60,706 nt of DNA from Candidatus Saccharimonadota bacterium (GCA_014191035.1 BJGX01000004.1:1-60706); one strand, 5' to 3'. Counted from the stretch's first letter, positions 1 through 9,813 are shown. Notes: generated by a model not told the origin, from the sequence alone. Program-made: numbers and translations.

Positions 1-324
1 AACACCACCGCCCAGACCCTGATAGACCAACAACGCGGCCGGGCAGTCGCCGAAAACCTCAATAAATTCCAAGGCCTAGACAACACCACCGCCCAAACCC
101 TGATAGACCAAAAACGAGGATGGGCAGTCGCCGAAAACCTCGATAAATTCCAAGGCCTAGATAGCGCCATCGCCGAAATCCTGATAGATTGGGGCAAAGG
201 CTATGTAGTCGCCGAAAACCTCGATAAATTCCAAGGCCTAGATAGCGCCATCGCCGAAATCCTGATAGATTGGGGCAAAGGTTGGGAAGTCGCCCGATAC
301 ATCGATAAATTCCAAGGCCTAAGC
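1..324 (+). repeat. Four tandem 81-bp coding repeats (1-81, 82-162, 163-243, 244-324)
   Basis: Direct alignment by eye. Copies 3 and 4 share an identical first 38 nt (agcgccatcgccgaaatcctgatagattggggcaaagg). All copies end in gataaattccaaggccta. Confidence 0.9.
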
Positions 325-369
325 GAAGAAACTATGGAAAAGCTCAAGAGTTACTTGGATAAAAAATAA
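1..369 (+). CDS. C-terminal fragment of a tandem-repeat protein (27-aa units); the 5' end lies outside the window
   Basis: Frame 1 is open from nt 1 to TAA at 367-369. Four in-frame 81-nt repeats translate to NTTAQTLIDQQRGRAVAENLNKFQGLD-like units. A hairpin terminator follows. Absent from the ORF track because it has no start codon in the window. Confidence 0.6.
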   Translation, partial: NTTAQTLIDQQRGRAVAENLNKFQGLDNTTAQTLIDQKRGWAVAENLDKFQGLDSAIAEILIDWGKGYVVAENLDKFQGLDSAIAEILIDWGKGWEVARYIDKFQGLSEETMEKLKSYLDKK

Positions 370-392
370 GCCCCTCGGTTTAAGAGGGGTTA
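369..392. terminator. Bidirectional hairpin terminator between the repeat-protein gene and rpmB
   Basis: Stem cccctc (371-376) / gagggg (384-389), with an A-run upstream and a T-rich tract downstream. Confidence 0.6.
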
Positions 393-614
393 TTTCTTGG
401 CGTTTTCTAGCTCTTTTGCATCTAGCTGTTTCTGGTACTTATTAAGAGTGCGGATAGTGCTGGCAGCTAGGCGAAGTTTTACCTTCTGGCCATCGATGAT
501 TAAGGTCTTGGTCTGCAAGTTTGGTTTCCAGGTACGCTTAACGTGCCGCTGTGAGTGACTCACATGGTTTCCGAACTGCTTTCCTTTACCTGTTAGATCG
601 CATCTGTATGACAT
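390..614 (-). CDS. rpmB: 50S ribosomal protein L28
   Basis: 74 aa. MSYRCDLTGKGKQFGNHVSHSQRHVKRTWKPNLQ matches the L28 signature. Confidence 0.9.
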   Translation of the reverse strand: MSYRCDLTGKGKQFGNHVSHSQRHVKRTWKPNLQTKTLIIDGQKVKLRLAASTIRTLNKYQKQLDAKELENAKK

Positions 615-702
615 AACTTGAATATATTAACACATCTGCCTTCTTTAATCAACATCTAACGGGGGTGTGTAATAAACCATGCTAGGGTGCTAAAATTATG
701 TT

Positions 703-1332
703 ATGGAACTTATATATTCGATAGTATTTTATGTAATTATTTTGGTAATTGTGCTGACAGTGCACGAGTTTAGTCATGCTTGGGCCGGACATATGCTAGG
801 TGATGTGACCGCTAAAAATGAGGGGAGGCTTACATTAAACCCAGCAAAGCATATTGATCCTTTTTTAACCCTGCTTTTGCCTTTAGGTTTGATACTGTTG
901 GGAAGCCCAGTAGTATTTGGGGCAGCTAAACCGGTGCCATTTAACCCCTATGCGGTTCGATATGGTAGGTGGGGCGCTGCACTAGTGGCATTTGCGGGCC
1001 CAGCCAGTAACCTTTTAATGGCCTTGGTAGTAGGCATGTATTTGCGGTTTGTTGATGTGGGCGGATTGGGCGGAGCGTTTTTACTACAGTTTGTATTGGT
1101 TAATGTGGCCTTTTTTATATTTAATATGATTCCATTCCCACCTTTGGACGGTAGCAGGATACTCTATGCGGTGGCGCCTCCGGGGCTACGTGATGCCATG
1201 GATAGCATAGAGCGTTACGGACTCATTGCGGTTTTTGCATTTATATTTATATTTTTCAGATTCATTGATCCAGCCTTTACCGCTGCAACAGGCGGGCTTA
1301 CCAGCTTTATTATTGGCAAGCTGGTGTTCTGA
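703..1332 (+). CDS. Site-2 protease family (peptidase M50) membrane metalloprotease
   Basis: HEFSHAW (HExxH) lies in the first TM region and a FNMIPFPPLDGSRIL (NxxPxxxLDG) motif follows. The protein is multi-pass hydrophobic. Confidence 0.85.
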   Translation: MELIYSIVFYVIILVIVLTVHEFSHAWAGHMLGDVTAKNEGRLTLNPAKHIDPFLTLLLPLGLILLGSPVVFGAAKPVPFNPYAVRYGRWGAALVAFAGPASNLLMALVVGMYLRFVDVGGLGGAFLLQFVLVNVAFFIFNMIPFPPLDGSRILYAVAPPGLRDAMDSIERYGLIAVFAFIFIFFRFIDPAFTAATGGLTSFIIGKLVF

Positions 1333-1505
1333 TATAATAACAAGGCTTTCGACTGTACTCGCATTCAGGCATTAGTAACTTTTTCCGGTTACTATAACTT
1401 CTAGGGAGCTTTAGATTGCTCACTGATTTATCAGCTGATGCTGCGGGCACCCACCTGTCATTTGGCGGGAAAGGTTAATATGTCGCGGTATGGTGGAAGG
1501 CATTT

Positions 1506-1534
1506 AAAAACCCTCCTTTATATGGAGGGCTTTT
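1506..1534. terminator. Bidirectional hairpin terminator
   Basis: aaaaa-ccctcc-tttatat-ggaggg-ctttt. It overlaps the stop of the 1533..2075 gene. Confidence 0.6.
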
Positions 1535-2075
1535 AAATTTCCCAGTGTTTGCGGTATTTTGGTTCACCATCGATTGCCTGCGCGACAATAAGGCGGATTT
1601 CGGACTTTAGACCGAGCTGTTTTCGCAGGCTAGCGACTAATTTGGCTGGATTGTATGGAATGAGCCACAGGCCTTTTGTGTAATTTATAAATCCGTGCTT
1701 TTTTAGGGTAAGTATTAGCTGGTTGCGAGCGACTTTTTTGCTTTCGGGTATATCGAAGGTGATTAAGTACCAGCGGCCATCCCAGCGTTCGGGGATAGTA
1801 AGGCCATCTTCTGTTACCTGGTGAGCTTTAAGCCGGGCCTTGCCCTTCTCGGTAATCTTAAAGACCTTTTCGTTATCTAGCAAACCAACACTGACATACC
1901 CTTGGCGAGCCAAAAGTGCAGCGGTATCGATAATGCGACGTCTTGGGGTAGCCTTAGCTGAGCTCGCAAAAACACTTAAAAGGTGTTTATTAGAACTCAA
2001 GTCGCCTAGAGTGGCGACTTTTTTGGTTTGAATGAGCCGAAGTATCTCGGCTGTCTTATTTGAGTTTCTACTCAT
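1533..2075 (-). CDS. PaaX-like transcriptional regulator (winged-helix N-terminus, PaaX/Cas2-like C-terminal fold)
   Basis: WDGRWYLITFDIPESKKVARNQLILTLKKHGFINYTKGLWLIPYN resembles the PaaX-family core. Recognised by motif only. Confidence 0.55.
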   Translation of the reverse strand: MSRNSNKTAEILRLIQTKKVATLGDLSSNKHLLSVFASSAKATPRRRIIDTAALLARQGYVSVGLLDNEKVFKITEKGKARLKAHQVTEDGLTIPERWDGRWYLITFDIPESKKVARNQLILTLKKHGFINYTKGLWLIPYNPAKLVASLRKQLGLKSEIRLIVAQAIDGEPKYRKHWEI

Positions 2076-2397
2076 TTGGAGTTTTTAGCACACATAAATT
2101 ACTTACTACATAAACATTATGCCTTAGCATAACTATTATGTAAATACCTTTTTAAAACTTTTTTTAAATTTCTTATGTTTGTATCTGTTGGAGGCTTAAA
2201 AAAGAGCTTTGACTTTAAAAATTTTTTTAAATATTTTTAAAATTAAATAGGCCGATTTGTGCTAATTTACCTGTCAAAATAGAGCATTGTTCAAAAAAAG
2301 TGCACAAAACTATGAAAATTTATCATCTTTGTATTTCCTTTCTTTTATCTTTTAAATAAAAAGAGCTTAATATTGAATACTAAGCTTAAATTACATA

Positions 2398-2474
2398 TGG
2401 TCGGGGTGACAGGACTCGAACCTGCGACCTCACGGCCCCCAGCCGTACGCGCTAGCCAACTGCGCCACACCCCG
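2398..2474 (-). tRNA. tRNA-Pro (anticodon GGG), CCA encoded
   Basis: The reverse complement folds as a cloverleaf: CGGGGTG/CACCCCG acceptor, anticodon loop CTGGGGG, T-arm GCAGG-TTCGAGT-CCTGT, 3' ACCA. Confidence 0.9.
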
Positions 2475-2550
2475 TAAGGCTTTATATTATAAGATATGAA
2501 CCCTTAGCTCAAGCTTGGAGCACAGTTAAATAAAGGGTATTATAGAAGTT

Positions 2551-2961
2551 ATGTCGAGTGTATTTACACAAATCAAAACAGGTAAAATTCCTGGAGTTGT
2601 TCTCCATGAGGACTCTGAATGCTTCGTAATCTTAAGTAACATGCCTCATAATCCTGGCCACTTACTGGTTATACCGAATAAGGAGGTTGCTGACTGGTAT
2701 GATCTAGATCCAGAAACCTATTCACATTTGATGCTAGTTGCAAAATATTTCGGAAAGGCTACCAAAGAAATATACAAGTGCCCCAAAGTTAGCTTGGTTT
2801 CGGTTGGTTTTGATGTTCCGCATGTACACATACATGTATTTTCATTGTTTGAAATTGCAGATATAGATCACGAAAATGCTAAGCCTGCTTCGATGGACCA
2901 GCGAGAGATTGAGGCTGATAAGTTCAGAAAATACATCAGCTCTACAGGGGGCATAAAATAG
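2551..2961 (+). CDS. HIT (histidine triad) family nucleotide hydrolase
   Basis: Carries the HVHIHVF histidine-triad motif; 136 aa. Confidence 0.85.
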   Translation: MSSVFTQIKTGKIPGVVLHEDSECFVILSNMPHNPGHLLVIPNKEVADWYDLDPETYSHLMLVAKYFGKATKEIYKCPKVSLVSVGFDVPHVHIHVFSLFEIADIDHENAKPASMDQREIEADKFRKYISSTGGIK

Positions 2962-3749
2962 TGGTGATATTTACGGTTGTTCTTTTAGCAATCACCCAGG
3001 GCTTTACAGAGTTTTTGCCAATTTCTAGTTCGGCGCACTTGTTTTTGATACCCTGGGCGTTTAATTTGCCAAACCTTGGGCTTAGATTTGATGCAGCAAT
3101 TCATATTGGAACGGCCTTGGCCCTTTTATTATTTTTCTGGAAAGACTTCTATAATCTATTCATTAAAAGAGATAAATTGCTTATTTATATTTTAATTGCC
3201 TCAGTACCAGCTGCTTTAGCAGGTTTTTTTGGAGATAAATACATAGAAGAGTATTTTAGAGCCTCTAGCTTTGCCCCGCTGATTATTGGAGTTGGAATAA
3301 TATTTTTTGGCTTGCTAATGTTGTTTATAGATAAAAGAGCAAAACTAGACAAAGACCTTGCTCATATTGGCCGTAAAAGAGCTTTGTTTATTGGTTTTGC
3401 CCAAGCTTTGGCGCTAATACCTGGAACATCACGATCGGGGATTACCATTACTGCCGGTGAATATCTCGGGCTTAATAGAGAGTCGGCTGCTCGCTTTAGC
3501 TTCCTATTGGCAACCCCAATATCTTTAGGGGCAGGAATGTATAAGTTCCTGCAACTTATAACTGACAAAGACGCTAGCGGGACAATCTCGGCCACTATTT
3601 TAGGTATAATCGTGGCTTTTGTTGTCGGAATATTGGTAATAAAGTGGTTTTTGGATTATTTGAAGAAGCATACGCTGCTAGCCTTTGTTGTATATAGGGT
3701 GGTTCTTGGGCTAACAGTAATTTCAATTTGGTTAATAAGGAGTTTATAA
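2961..3749 (+). CDS. uppP: Undecaprenyl-diphosphate phosphatase
   Basis: FTEFLPISSSAHL and PGTSRSG motifs in a polytopic membrane protein. GTG start overlaps the HIT stop by 1 nt. Confidence 0.9.
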   Translation: MVIFTVVLLAITQGFTEFLPISSSAHLFLIPWAFNLPNLGLRFDAAIHIGTALALLLFFWKDFYNLFIKRDKLLIYILIASVPAALAGFFGDKYIEEYFRASSFAPLIIGVGIIFFGLLMLFIDKRAKLDKDLAHIGRKRALFIGFAQALALIPGTSRSGITITAGEYLGLNRESAARFSFLLATPISLGAGMYKFLQLITDKDASGTISATILGIIVAFVVGILVIKWFLDYLKKHTLLAFVVYRVVLGLTVISIWLIRSL

Positions 3750-3752
3750 GAA

Positions 3753-4157
3753 ATGACAGAAAGAGTTAAGGTCAATTGCGACGGAGGTTCTAGAGGTAAT
3801 CCTGGGCCTTCGGCGCTTGGTGTTGTAATAACTACAAAAGACGGCCAAATAATCGAGGAGTTCGGCGAGTATTTAGGTGAACAAACTAATAATTATGCGG
3901 AATATAGTGCAGTAATAAAGGCTTTAGAAAAACTACGAGACTTAAATATTTTAGATGCTGACTTTTATCTAGATAGTGAACTTATCGTTAAACAGCTAAA
4001 TGGAATCTATAAAGTAAAGCATGAAAACATTAAGCCGCTTAACGCCGCAGTTAATGAATTGCTATCTGGAATGAATGTGACTTTTACTCATGTCTACCGA
4101 AAAGACAACAAAGAGGCTGACGCGTTGGTGAATGAAGTGCTCGATTCCAAGAGATAG
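3753..4157 (+). CDS. rnhA: Ribonuclease HI family protein
   Basis: CDGGSRGNPGPSA, NNYAEYSAVIKAL and KEADALVN match the RNase H D-E-D-D core layout. An AAGGAG SD lies upstream. Confidence 0.8.
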   Translation: MTERVKVNCDGGSRGNPGPSALGVVITTKDGQIIEEFGEYLGEQTNNYAEYSAVIKALEKLRDLNILDADFYLDSELIVKQLNGIYKVKHENIKPLNAAVNELLSGMNVTFTHVYRKDNKEADALVNEVLDSKR

Positions 4158-4189
4158 ACAAATAAGCATAAATATATTATAATAACGTT

Positions 4190-4564
4190 GCTATGAGTTA
4201 ACGGATGGTCGCTCGATTATCGAGAGGAAAGTCCGAACAGCATAGAGTAACGGTAGTTGCTAACTGCAACCAGGAGTAATCCTAGGGAAAGTGCCACAGA
4301 GACTATACCGCCCTTCGGGGTAAGGGTGAAAAGAGTGGGGTAAGAGCCCACAGCTCGGACAGGTGATTGTCGGGGCGAGGTAAACCCTACCGGCTGCAAG
4401 ATTATGGGCCCTTCTGCAATGTGCGGAGAGATTTCTCGTCTTTTTATGGGTATATCGCGTCATGTGTTTTCACAGATTATCAGCTTGCTGGTAAAGATAG
4501 ATGGCCATCGTCTTTCGAATTTATTCGGGAGAGTACAAAATTCGGCTTATAGTTAAGTCATAGC
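4190..4564 (+). ncRNA. rnpB: RNase P RNA (bacterial type A-like)
   Basis: GAGGAAAGTCCGAAC (P4 5' strand), AGGGTGAAA, GTAAGAGC and ACAAAATTCGGCTTAT (P4 3' strand) are present. P1 pairs gctatgagttaac with gttaagtcatagc. Confidence 0.85.
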
Positions 4565-4631
4565 AAATTAGATAACATTCGCAATCGTTTTGAGGGCGAA
4601 TGTTATTTATTTAAGTGGTAAAATAATAGTT

Positions 4632-6053
4632 ATGAGAAAACGAAGTGAATTGCTAATTGCGGTTTTTCAGATACCGGTAGATTATTTAATGCTGGTGATT
4701 AGTTTCGTTTTGGCATACTTTTTAAGAGAAGGAAGTGGAAAGCCTTTCGCTGTTGATGTTGGGGGCTATACATATCTGAACTTTATGCTGATATTTTTGC
4801 CTATTTGGTTAGTTTTGTTCTTCTCGGTTGGGCTTTATAGGCTTCGATCCGATAGAACTAAGTGGCTAGAGCTAGGTAAAATAATCGCTGCTTGCTCTGC
4901 TGGAGTAATGGCTTTAATTGTTATAGATTTTCTATCTGTTAAACCGATATTTCCTGCAAAAATAATACCGATCTATGGATTTTTATTTTCCATCGTTTTA
5001 GTGAGTTTGGGCCGAATAATTATGGGGGTTGTTCAGCGGCTTTTAGCAAGATACGGCGTGGGAGTTTATAGAGTTCTTTTCATAGGCCAAGGCCCTACAG
5101 CAGATCAGCTTAAACGAACTCTAAGAAAATTAAAAAGACGCTATAAAATCGTTTCTACAATATCTAGTATTGAATCGGTTTCCTTCCAGAAGCTAGAAAA
5201 TTTGATTAGGCGAGAGCATATAGATACGGTTCTTGTAGCAAATGTTAGCTCTGATGAGCAAAAGCTAACAGACATACTGTCATTTTGCCAAAATAATCAT
5301 GTCGGATACCAATATGTTCCAACTATGTCAGGTTTATATACTTCAAAAATATTATCTACTCAGATAGGCTCAGTGCCTGTGTTGGAAATGAAGCCAACAC
5401 CCATAGAGGGCTGGGGAAGAGTAGTAAAAAGATTATTCGATGTAATAGTTACAACTATAATTGCTTTAGTTACATTGCCAATTCAGATTGTAATTTATTT
5501 ACTTATAAAGATAACTGAACCTGGCCCAGTTATATACCCTCACGAGTGTTACGGCAGAAAAGGTAAAAAAATAAATGTCTATAAATTTAGAACAATGAAA
5601 TCTGAATATAGCTTAGGACCAAAATTTGGGGGCCAAACAATTGAAGATGTACTAAAAAAGCTTCCAAAGGATAAAGCAGAAGAGTTTAAGAAGAATGCGA
5701 AAATTAAAAATGACCCAAGAGTAAGCGGAATTGGTAAATTCTTAAGAAAAACCAGCTTAGATGAACTGCCTCAGTTATACAATGTCCTTAAGGGAGATTT
5801 AAGCTTGGTTGGCCCAAGGCCTCTTCCGGAATCTGAGTTGAAGCTACTTGGAGGTAATAAAAACTTGGCCAAAATAGTAACGATTAGGCCCGGAATTACG
5901 GGGCTGTGGCAGGTTTCTGGCAGAAACGATTTAGAATATTCGGAAAGAGTAAGGTTGAATATTTATTACATCGAAAACTGGTCTTTGTGGCTAGATATAA
6001 AAATATTATTTAAAACTTTTTGGCAGGCTGTTTTTGAACGCAATGGACTCTAA
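4632..6053 (+). CDS. Polyprenyl-phosphate glycosyl-1-phosphate transferase (bacterial sugar transferase, WbaP/EpsL-like)
   Basis: C-terminal SLDELPQLYNVLKGDLSLVGPRP motif after N-terminal TM helices. Start moved to ATG 4632, which has TAAAAT 7 nt upstream; the track ORF opens at 4590. Confidence 0.8.
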   Translation: MRKRSELLIAVFQIPVDYLMLVISFVLAYFLREGSGKPFAVDVGGYTYLNFMLIFLPIWLVLFFSVGLYRLRSDRTKWLELGKIIAACSAGVMALIVIDFLSVKPIFPAKIIPIYGFLFSIVLVSLGRIIMGVVQRLLARYGVGVYRVLFIGQGPTADQLKRTLRKLKRRYKIVSTISSIESVSFQKLENLIRREHIDTVLVANVSSDEQKLTDILSFCQNNHVGYQYVPTMSGLYTSKILSTQIGSVPVLEMKPTPIEGWGRVVKRLFDVIVTTIIALVTLPIQIVIYLLIKITEPGPVIYPHECYGRKGKKINVYKFRTMKSEYSLGPKFGGQTIEDVLKKLPKDKAEEFKKNAKIKNDPRVSGIGKFLRKTSLDELPQLYNVLKGDLSLVGPRPLPESELKLLGGNKNLAKIVTIRPGITGLWQVSGRNDLEYSERVRLNIYYIENWSLWLDIKILFKTFWQAVFERNGL

Positions 6054-7167
6054 AAAAGACTTTTCCAAGCTAAAGGTAGCTATTGTCCATGATTGGCTAG
6101 TTGGGTTGGGCGGTGCTGAAAGAGTTGTTGAGTCTATGCTCAAGCTTTTTCCCCAAGCGGATCTTTTTACTAGTGTTTATGATGATACGAAAATCAATAT
6201 TTTTAAGAATCGAAAAGTTATAACAACCTTTTTGCAAGACTGGCCATTATCTAAGAAAAAACATCAACTATTTGCCTCTTTGAGACCTTTGGCTTTTGAG
6301 AGTTTGGATTTGAGTGATTATGATCTGGTCTTATCTAGTTCCAGCGCCGAATCCAAAGGAGTAATAACACACACCGAGACTTTGCACGTGAGCTACATAC
6401 ATACCCCAGTGAGGTATTATTGGAGCTCTTATGATGAGTATCTCAAAAATCCTGGATTTGGGCTTTTAAACCCCTTTATAAGGCTTGTAATGCCTAGTAT
6501 GGTTAAAAAATTAAAGAGCTGGGATTATGCAGCCGCGCAAAGGCCGGATTTTATGATTGCCAACTCGAAAGAAGTATCATCTAGAATAAAGAAATACTAC
6601 AAGAGAAAGAGTGAAACTATAAACCCACCTGTAAATATAAAAAGGTTTTCGAAGATAAAAAGAAGTCACGAAGATTATTACCTTGTCGTTTCAAGATTTG
6701 TACCATACAAAAGGATAGATCTGGCGATAAAAGCCTGTAATGATCTTGAGAGAAAACTAATTGTCGCCGGAAGAGGCCCCGAAATAAAGAATCTTAAAAA
6801 GCTAGCTTCAAAAAACATTACATTTATTGAAGATCCTACAGATAAAAAAGTAGACTCCCTGTACGCAGGCGCCAAAGCATTTATTTTTTCTGCAGAGGAG
6901 GATTTTGGCATAACACCAGTTGAAGCGATGGCTGCAGGGGTTCCGGTGATATGTTTTGGCAGGGCGGGCGCAACTGAAACGGTAATAAATGGTAAAACAG
7001 GCTTGTATCATGACAAGCAGTCAGTACAAAGCCTGAAGGATGCAATCGAAAAATTCGAAACTATGCAGTTTGATACTAAATTAATAAAGTCTAGAGCGAG
7101 AGATTTTTCAGAAGATAAGTTTTTGAGCGCTTTAGGAGGGTTTATAAGTGAGAAGCTCAAGAAATAA
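6043..7167 (+). CDS. Glycosyltransferase family 4 (GT-B fold)
   Basis: EDFGITPVEAMAAGVPVI is an EX7E-type motif. Start is either ATG 6043 or TTG 6034. Confidence 0.8.
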   Translation: MDSKKDFSKLKVAIVHDWLVGLGGAERVVESMLKLFPQADLFTSVYDDTKINIFKNRKVITTFLQDWPLSKKKHQLFASLRPLAFESLDLSDYDLVLSSSSAESKGVITHTETLHVSYIHTPVRYYWSSYDEYLKNPGFGLLNPFIRLVMPSMVKKLKSWDYAAAQRPDFMIANSKEVSSRIKKYYKRKSETINPPVNIKRFSKIKRSHEDYYLVVSRFVPYKRIDLAIKACNDLERKLIVAGRGPEIKNLKKLASKNITFIEDPTDKKVDSLYAGAKAFIFSAEEDFGITPVEAMAAGVPVICFGRAGATETVINGKTGLYHDKQSVQSLKDAIEKFETMQFDTKLIKSRARDFSEDKFLSALGGFISEKLKK

Positions 7168-8581
7168 AAAAAGTAGAAAGTTTCTATTAACTTCATTGTT
7201 TGCTTTATTAATTATTATCTTATTGGTTTTTGGTCTATCAAGATTACCAAAATATATAAATAAAGTTGTTGATAAAACAACAAAAATTAGTGAATATAAT
7301 CTTTTATTACAAAACTTTCTAGGGACAGAAAAGAGAAACGATACCTTAATTTTATTTATGAATAATGCCGAGCAAAGGTATGGAGGGGGATTTATTGGTA
7401 GTCTTGGCTATGTGAGTCTGGATAAGGGTAAAATTAAGCTAGATCCAGTTAGAGAAGTATATTACTATGACTATTTCTTTGGCGAGGCAAACTATATAGA
7501 GAAATCGCCGGACCCTACAGAGGGTGAGGTTCTTTATTCCTTGAAGGATAGTGGGCAAAGCTTAGACTGGCCCGCTAATGCTAAAAGAGCTGATATAATT
7601 TTTGAAAGGCTCTCCAAGAAAAATGTAAACACAGTATTAGGAGTTACCCCTGAAGTTTTAAAGTATTTAATTCAAAAGACCGGCCCAATAGAGCTTAAAG
7701 ACTATAAACTCACCGTTACAGACAGCAATATTACCGAAACTATTCAACAGCAAGTGGAATTCGGCAAGGACAAGAGGCAGGGTAAAGACCCTAAGACTAT
7801 TTTAACTAGTATTGTTACGGTCTTAATGGAAAGACTACAGAAAAAAAATATCGCAGAATTAAAAGATTTAGCTCTAGGTCTTGAAAAACTGGCAGAAAGC
7901 CGCCAAATTTTAGTTTACAGTTCAGATTATGAGGTTTCTCAGCTTTTAAAAAAATATAAACTGGACGGTTCACTTGAAAGCACATCTGCTGACTACTTTT
8001 TAACAAGTGAAAAGAATTTGAGTATCGATAAGAGCAATGCTTTTATAGATAGAAAAATCAGCAGATCATTTAATATTATTGAAGATGGCTCTATAGAGGT
8101 GAGTGCAAAGATAGTCAGAAATCAGACATTACCTGTTTCATTCCCTTATTATGATCCTAATATTCCTGATGTGTTAACTCATGTTGTTAGAAAAAATAAG
8201 AGCTTTATTAAGATTGCCCTTCCGAAAAAGACTCAGATAATTGATTATGAAGGTGCCACAAAGCTTGAATTTAGAGGTTCGGAAGGTGGTTACGATATTT
8301 ATGGATTTCAAAGCGATTTGGAGCCCTTAGTACCATCAGAATATAATTTTAAGTATAAGCTGCCCTTTAAGCTGGCAGGCGAGAGTACTTTTCAGCTAGA
8401 TTCATACATTCAATATCCAAACGGCGGGTGGAAAAATGAAGTTGCAAATGAATTTGTTGCACCCAAGGGATGGAGACTTAAGTATAGCAACCAGCCAATT
8501 AAGCAGAGTGGCGGCAAAGTTTACTATAACGAAAAAGTAGATAAAGATATCCAGCTTAAGCTCATATACGAAAAAAAGTAA
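7148..8581 (+). CDS. Membrane-anchored extracytoplasmic protein, DUF4012-like
   Basis: N-terminal TM helix. LFMNNAEQRYGGGFIGSLGYV resembles the DUF4012 core as I recall it. GGAGGG SD and GTG start; sits in the glycosyltransferase locus. Confidence 0.5.
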   Translation: MRSSRNKKSRKFLLTSLFALLIIILLVFGLSRLPKYINKVVDKTTKISEYNLLLQNFLGTEKRNDTLILFMNNAEQRYGGGFIGSLGYVSLDKGKIKLDPVREVYYYDYFFGEANYIEKSPDPTEGEVLYSLKDSGQSLDWPANAKRADIIFERLSKKNVNTVLGVTPEVLKYLIQKTGPIELKDYKLTVTDSNITETIQQQVEFGKDKRQGKDPKTILTSIVTVLMERLQKKNIAELKDLALGLEKLAESRQILVYSSDYEVSQLLKKYKLDGSLESTSADYFLTSEKNLSIDKSNAFIDRKISRSFNIIEDGSIEVSAKIVRNQTLPVSFPYYDPNIPDVLTHVVRKNKSFIKIALPKKTQIIDYEGATKLEFRGSEGGYDIYGFQSDLEPLVPSEYNFKYKLPFKLAGESTFQLDSYIQYPNGGWKNEVANEFVAPKGWRLKYSNQPIKQSGGKVYYNEKVDKDIQLKLIYEKK

Positions 8582-8653
8582 AAAATAGTCATAAAATTAG
8601 ATAATATCTCAAAAAGCTGTGATGATAAAGCGGGCTTAAAGTCCCTATAAAAA

Positions 8654-8675
8654 ATACCCCACAAGGATGGGGTAT
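8654..8675. terminator. Bidirectional hairpin terminator
   Basis: Stem atacccc / ggggtat, flanked by A- and T-runs, between convergent genes. Confidence 0.6.
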
Positions 8676-8700
8676 TTTGTAATTTATTTTTAATAAATAC

Positions 8701-9042
8701 TTACTTAGAGAGCTTAGTTATTTCTGTAAATGCTTTTGGCTGACTTACTGCTAGCTCTGCAAGTACTTTTCGGTTAAGTTCAATGTTGGCCTTCTTAAGA
8801 CCTGCCATAAGAACAGAGTAGCTAGTACCATTTTCTTTGGCGGCAGCTGATATTCTAGTAATCCAAAGACTTCTTAGGTCTCGCTTCTTGTTACGGCGGT
8901 CTCGGTACTGGTAGCTTAAAGCTTTAATTACGGCTTCGTTAGCTTTTCTGTAAGAACTACGTCGGATTTTTGAGTATCCTTTTGTAAGTTTTAGAACTTT
9001 CTTATGTCTTTTTCTGGCGGCTACGCCTCTTTTAACTCTCAT
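8701..9042 (-). CDS. rplT: 50S ribosomal protein L20
   Basis: [23 protein letters not shown]...[19 protein letters not shown] is the canonical L20 sequence. Confidence 0.95.
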   Translation of the reverse strand: MRVKRGVAARKRHKKVLKLTKGYSKIRRSSYRKANEAVIKALSYQYRDRRNKKRDLRSLWITRISAAAKENGTSYSVLMAGLKKANIELNRKVLAELAVSQPKAFTEITKLSK

Positions 9043-9043
9043 T

Positions 9044-9238
9044 TTAGACTCCTAGTGCCTTCTTAATGTTTTTTACATCAGATTCGGAAGCTGGATGCTC
9101 TAGCGTGTAGGCTCTTTTTCGGGCAGCAGATTTTTTGGTCTTTAAGTGACCACGAGTAGCCTTACGACGCATAACTTTTCCGCTTGCGGTAATCTTGAAC
9201 CTCTTAGATGTAGTTTTACTAGTCTTGATCTTTGGCAT
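9044..9238 (-). CDS. rpmI: 50S ribosomal protein L35
   Basis: [27 protein letters not shown]; sits in the conserved infC-rpmI-rplT order. Confidence 0.9.
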   Translation of the reverse strand: MPKIKTSKTTSKRFKITASGKVMRRKATRGHLKTKKSAARKRAYTLEHPASESDVKNIKKALGV

Positions 9239-9785
9239 TTTCTTCTTCCTTTGGTTGCTTAGCTTTAGCGCTTGCTTGTTTAGTCATGTTTATTACTATG
9301 GACATATCTCTGCCCGTCATTGTGGGCTTTTGCTCGATTACTGCAATTTCGGAGAAGTCTTCGAAAAAATTCATCAATACTACTTCTCCAAGATCTGGGC
9401 GTGCCATTTCTCTTCCTTTGAAGCGTACTGTAATCTTTACTTTGTTTCCTGCTTCAAGGAATTTGCGAGCGGCTCGCTGCTTAACTGCGATGTCGTGCTG
9501 TCCTATTTTAAGGCCCATTCTGACTTGTTTGACTTCAATATTGCGCTGCTTTTTGCGGTTTTTTGCAGCCTGCTTGTCCTGTTCGTAGAGGTATTTACCC
9601 CAGTCGAGGAGTTTGCAGACCGGCGGTTCCGCGCCGGGAGAGATCTCTGCTAGATCGTATCCTTTTTCATTGGCTATTTTAAGCGCCTCAGATATAGGAA
9701 CGACTCCTATTTGCTTAGAATCAACATCAAGCAGCCTAACAGTAGACGCTGATATTTGATGATTAAGCCGAATTCGTTTTTTTAT
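9219..9785 (-). CDS. infC: Translation initiation factor IF-3, with a non-ATG (ATA) start
   Basis: The frame is open upstream of the track ORF (9219..9518). It encodes IKKRIRLNHQISASTVRLLDVDSKQIGVVPISEALKIANEKGYDLAEISPGAEPPVCKLLDWGKYLYEQ, the IF-3 N-domain. AAGGAG lies 8 nt before ATA at 9785-9783. Confidence 0.85.
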   Translation of the reverse strand: MKKRIRLNHQISASTVRLLDVDSKQIGVVPISEALKIANEKGYDLAEISPGAEPPVCKLLDWGKYLYEQDKQAAKNRKKQRNIEVKQVRMGLKIGQHDIAVKQRAARKFLEAGNKVKITVRFKGREMARPDLGEVVLMNFFEDFSEIAVIEQKPTMTGRDMSIVINMTKQASAKAKQPKEEENAKDQD

Positions 9786-9813
9786 TGAGATATCTCCTTA
9801 AAAGCTCCGAATA

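Noticed and set aside
1333-1506. About 175-nt untranslated stretch after the M50 protease gene, with a TATAAT at 1333-1338, small hairpins and a GGGCACCCACC string resembling the reverse complement of the 13561 box
   Set aside because: Only a partial box match exists, without the associated hairpin or loop, and no clear overall fold appears. It could simply be a long 3' UTR ending at the 1506-1534 terminator. It is worth including in an Rfam scan, but I cannot support a call.
4217-4552. Three track ORFs (4217..4399 -, 4260..4463 -, 4367..4552 +)
   Set aside because: They lie entirely within the RNase P RNA gene, overlap one another and have no start signals. They are artefacts of a G+C-rich RNA gene.
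9195-9653. Plus-strand ORFs of 152 aa and 118 aa
   Set aside because: They are antisense to the well-supported infC and rpmI genes, and the low-complexity translation is typical of shadow ORFs. The same reasoning applies to other antisense track ORFs inside long genes, such as 20135..20683, 12958..13311 and 39611..40051.
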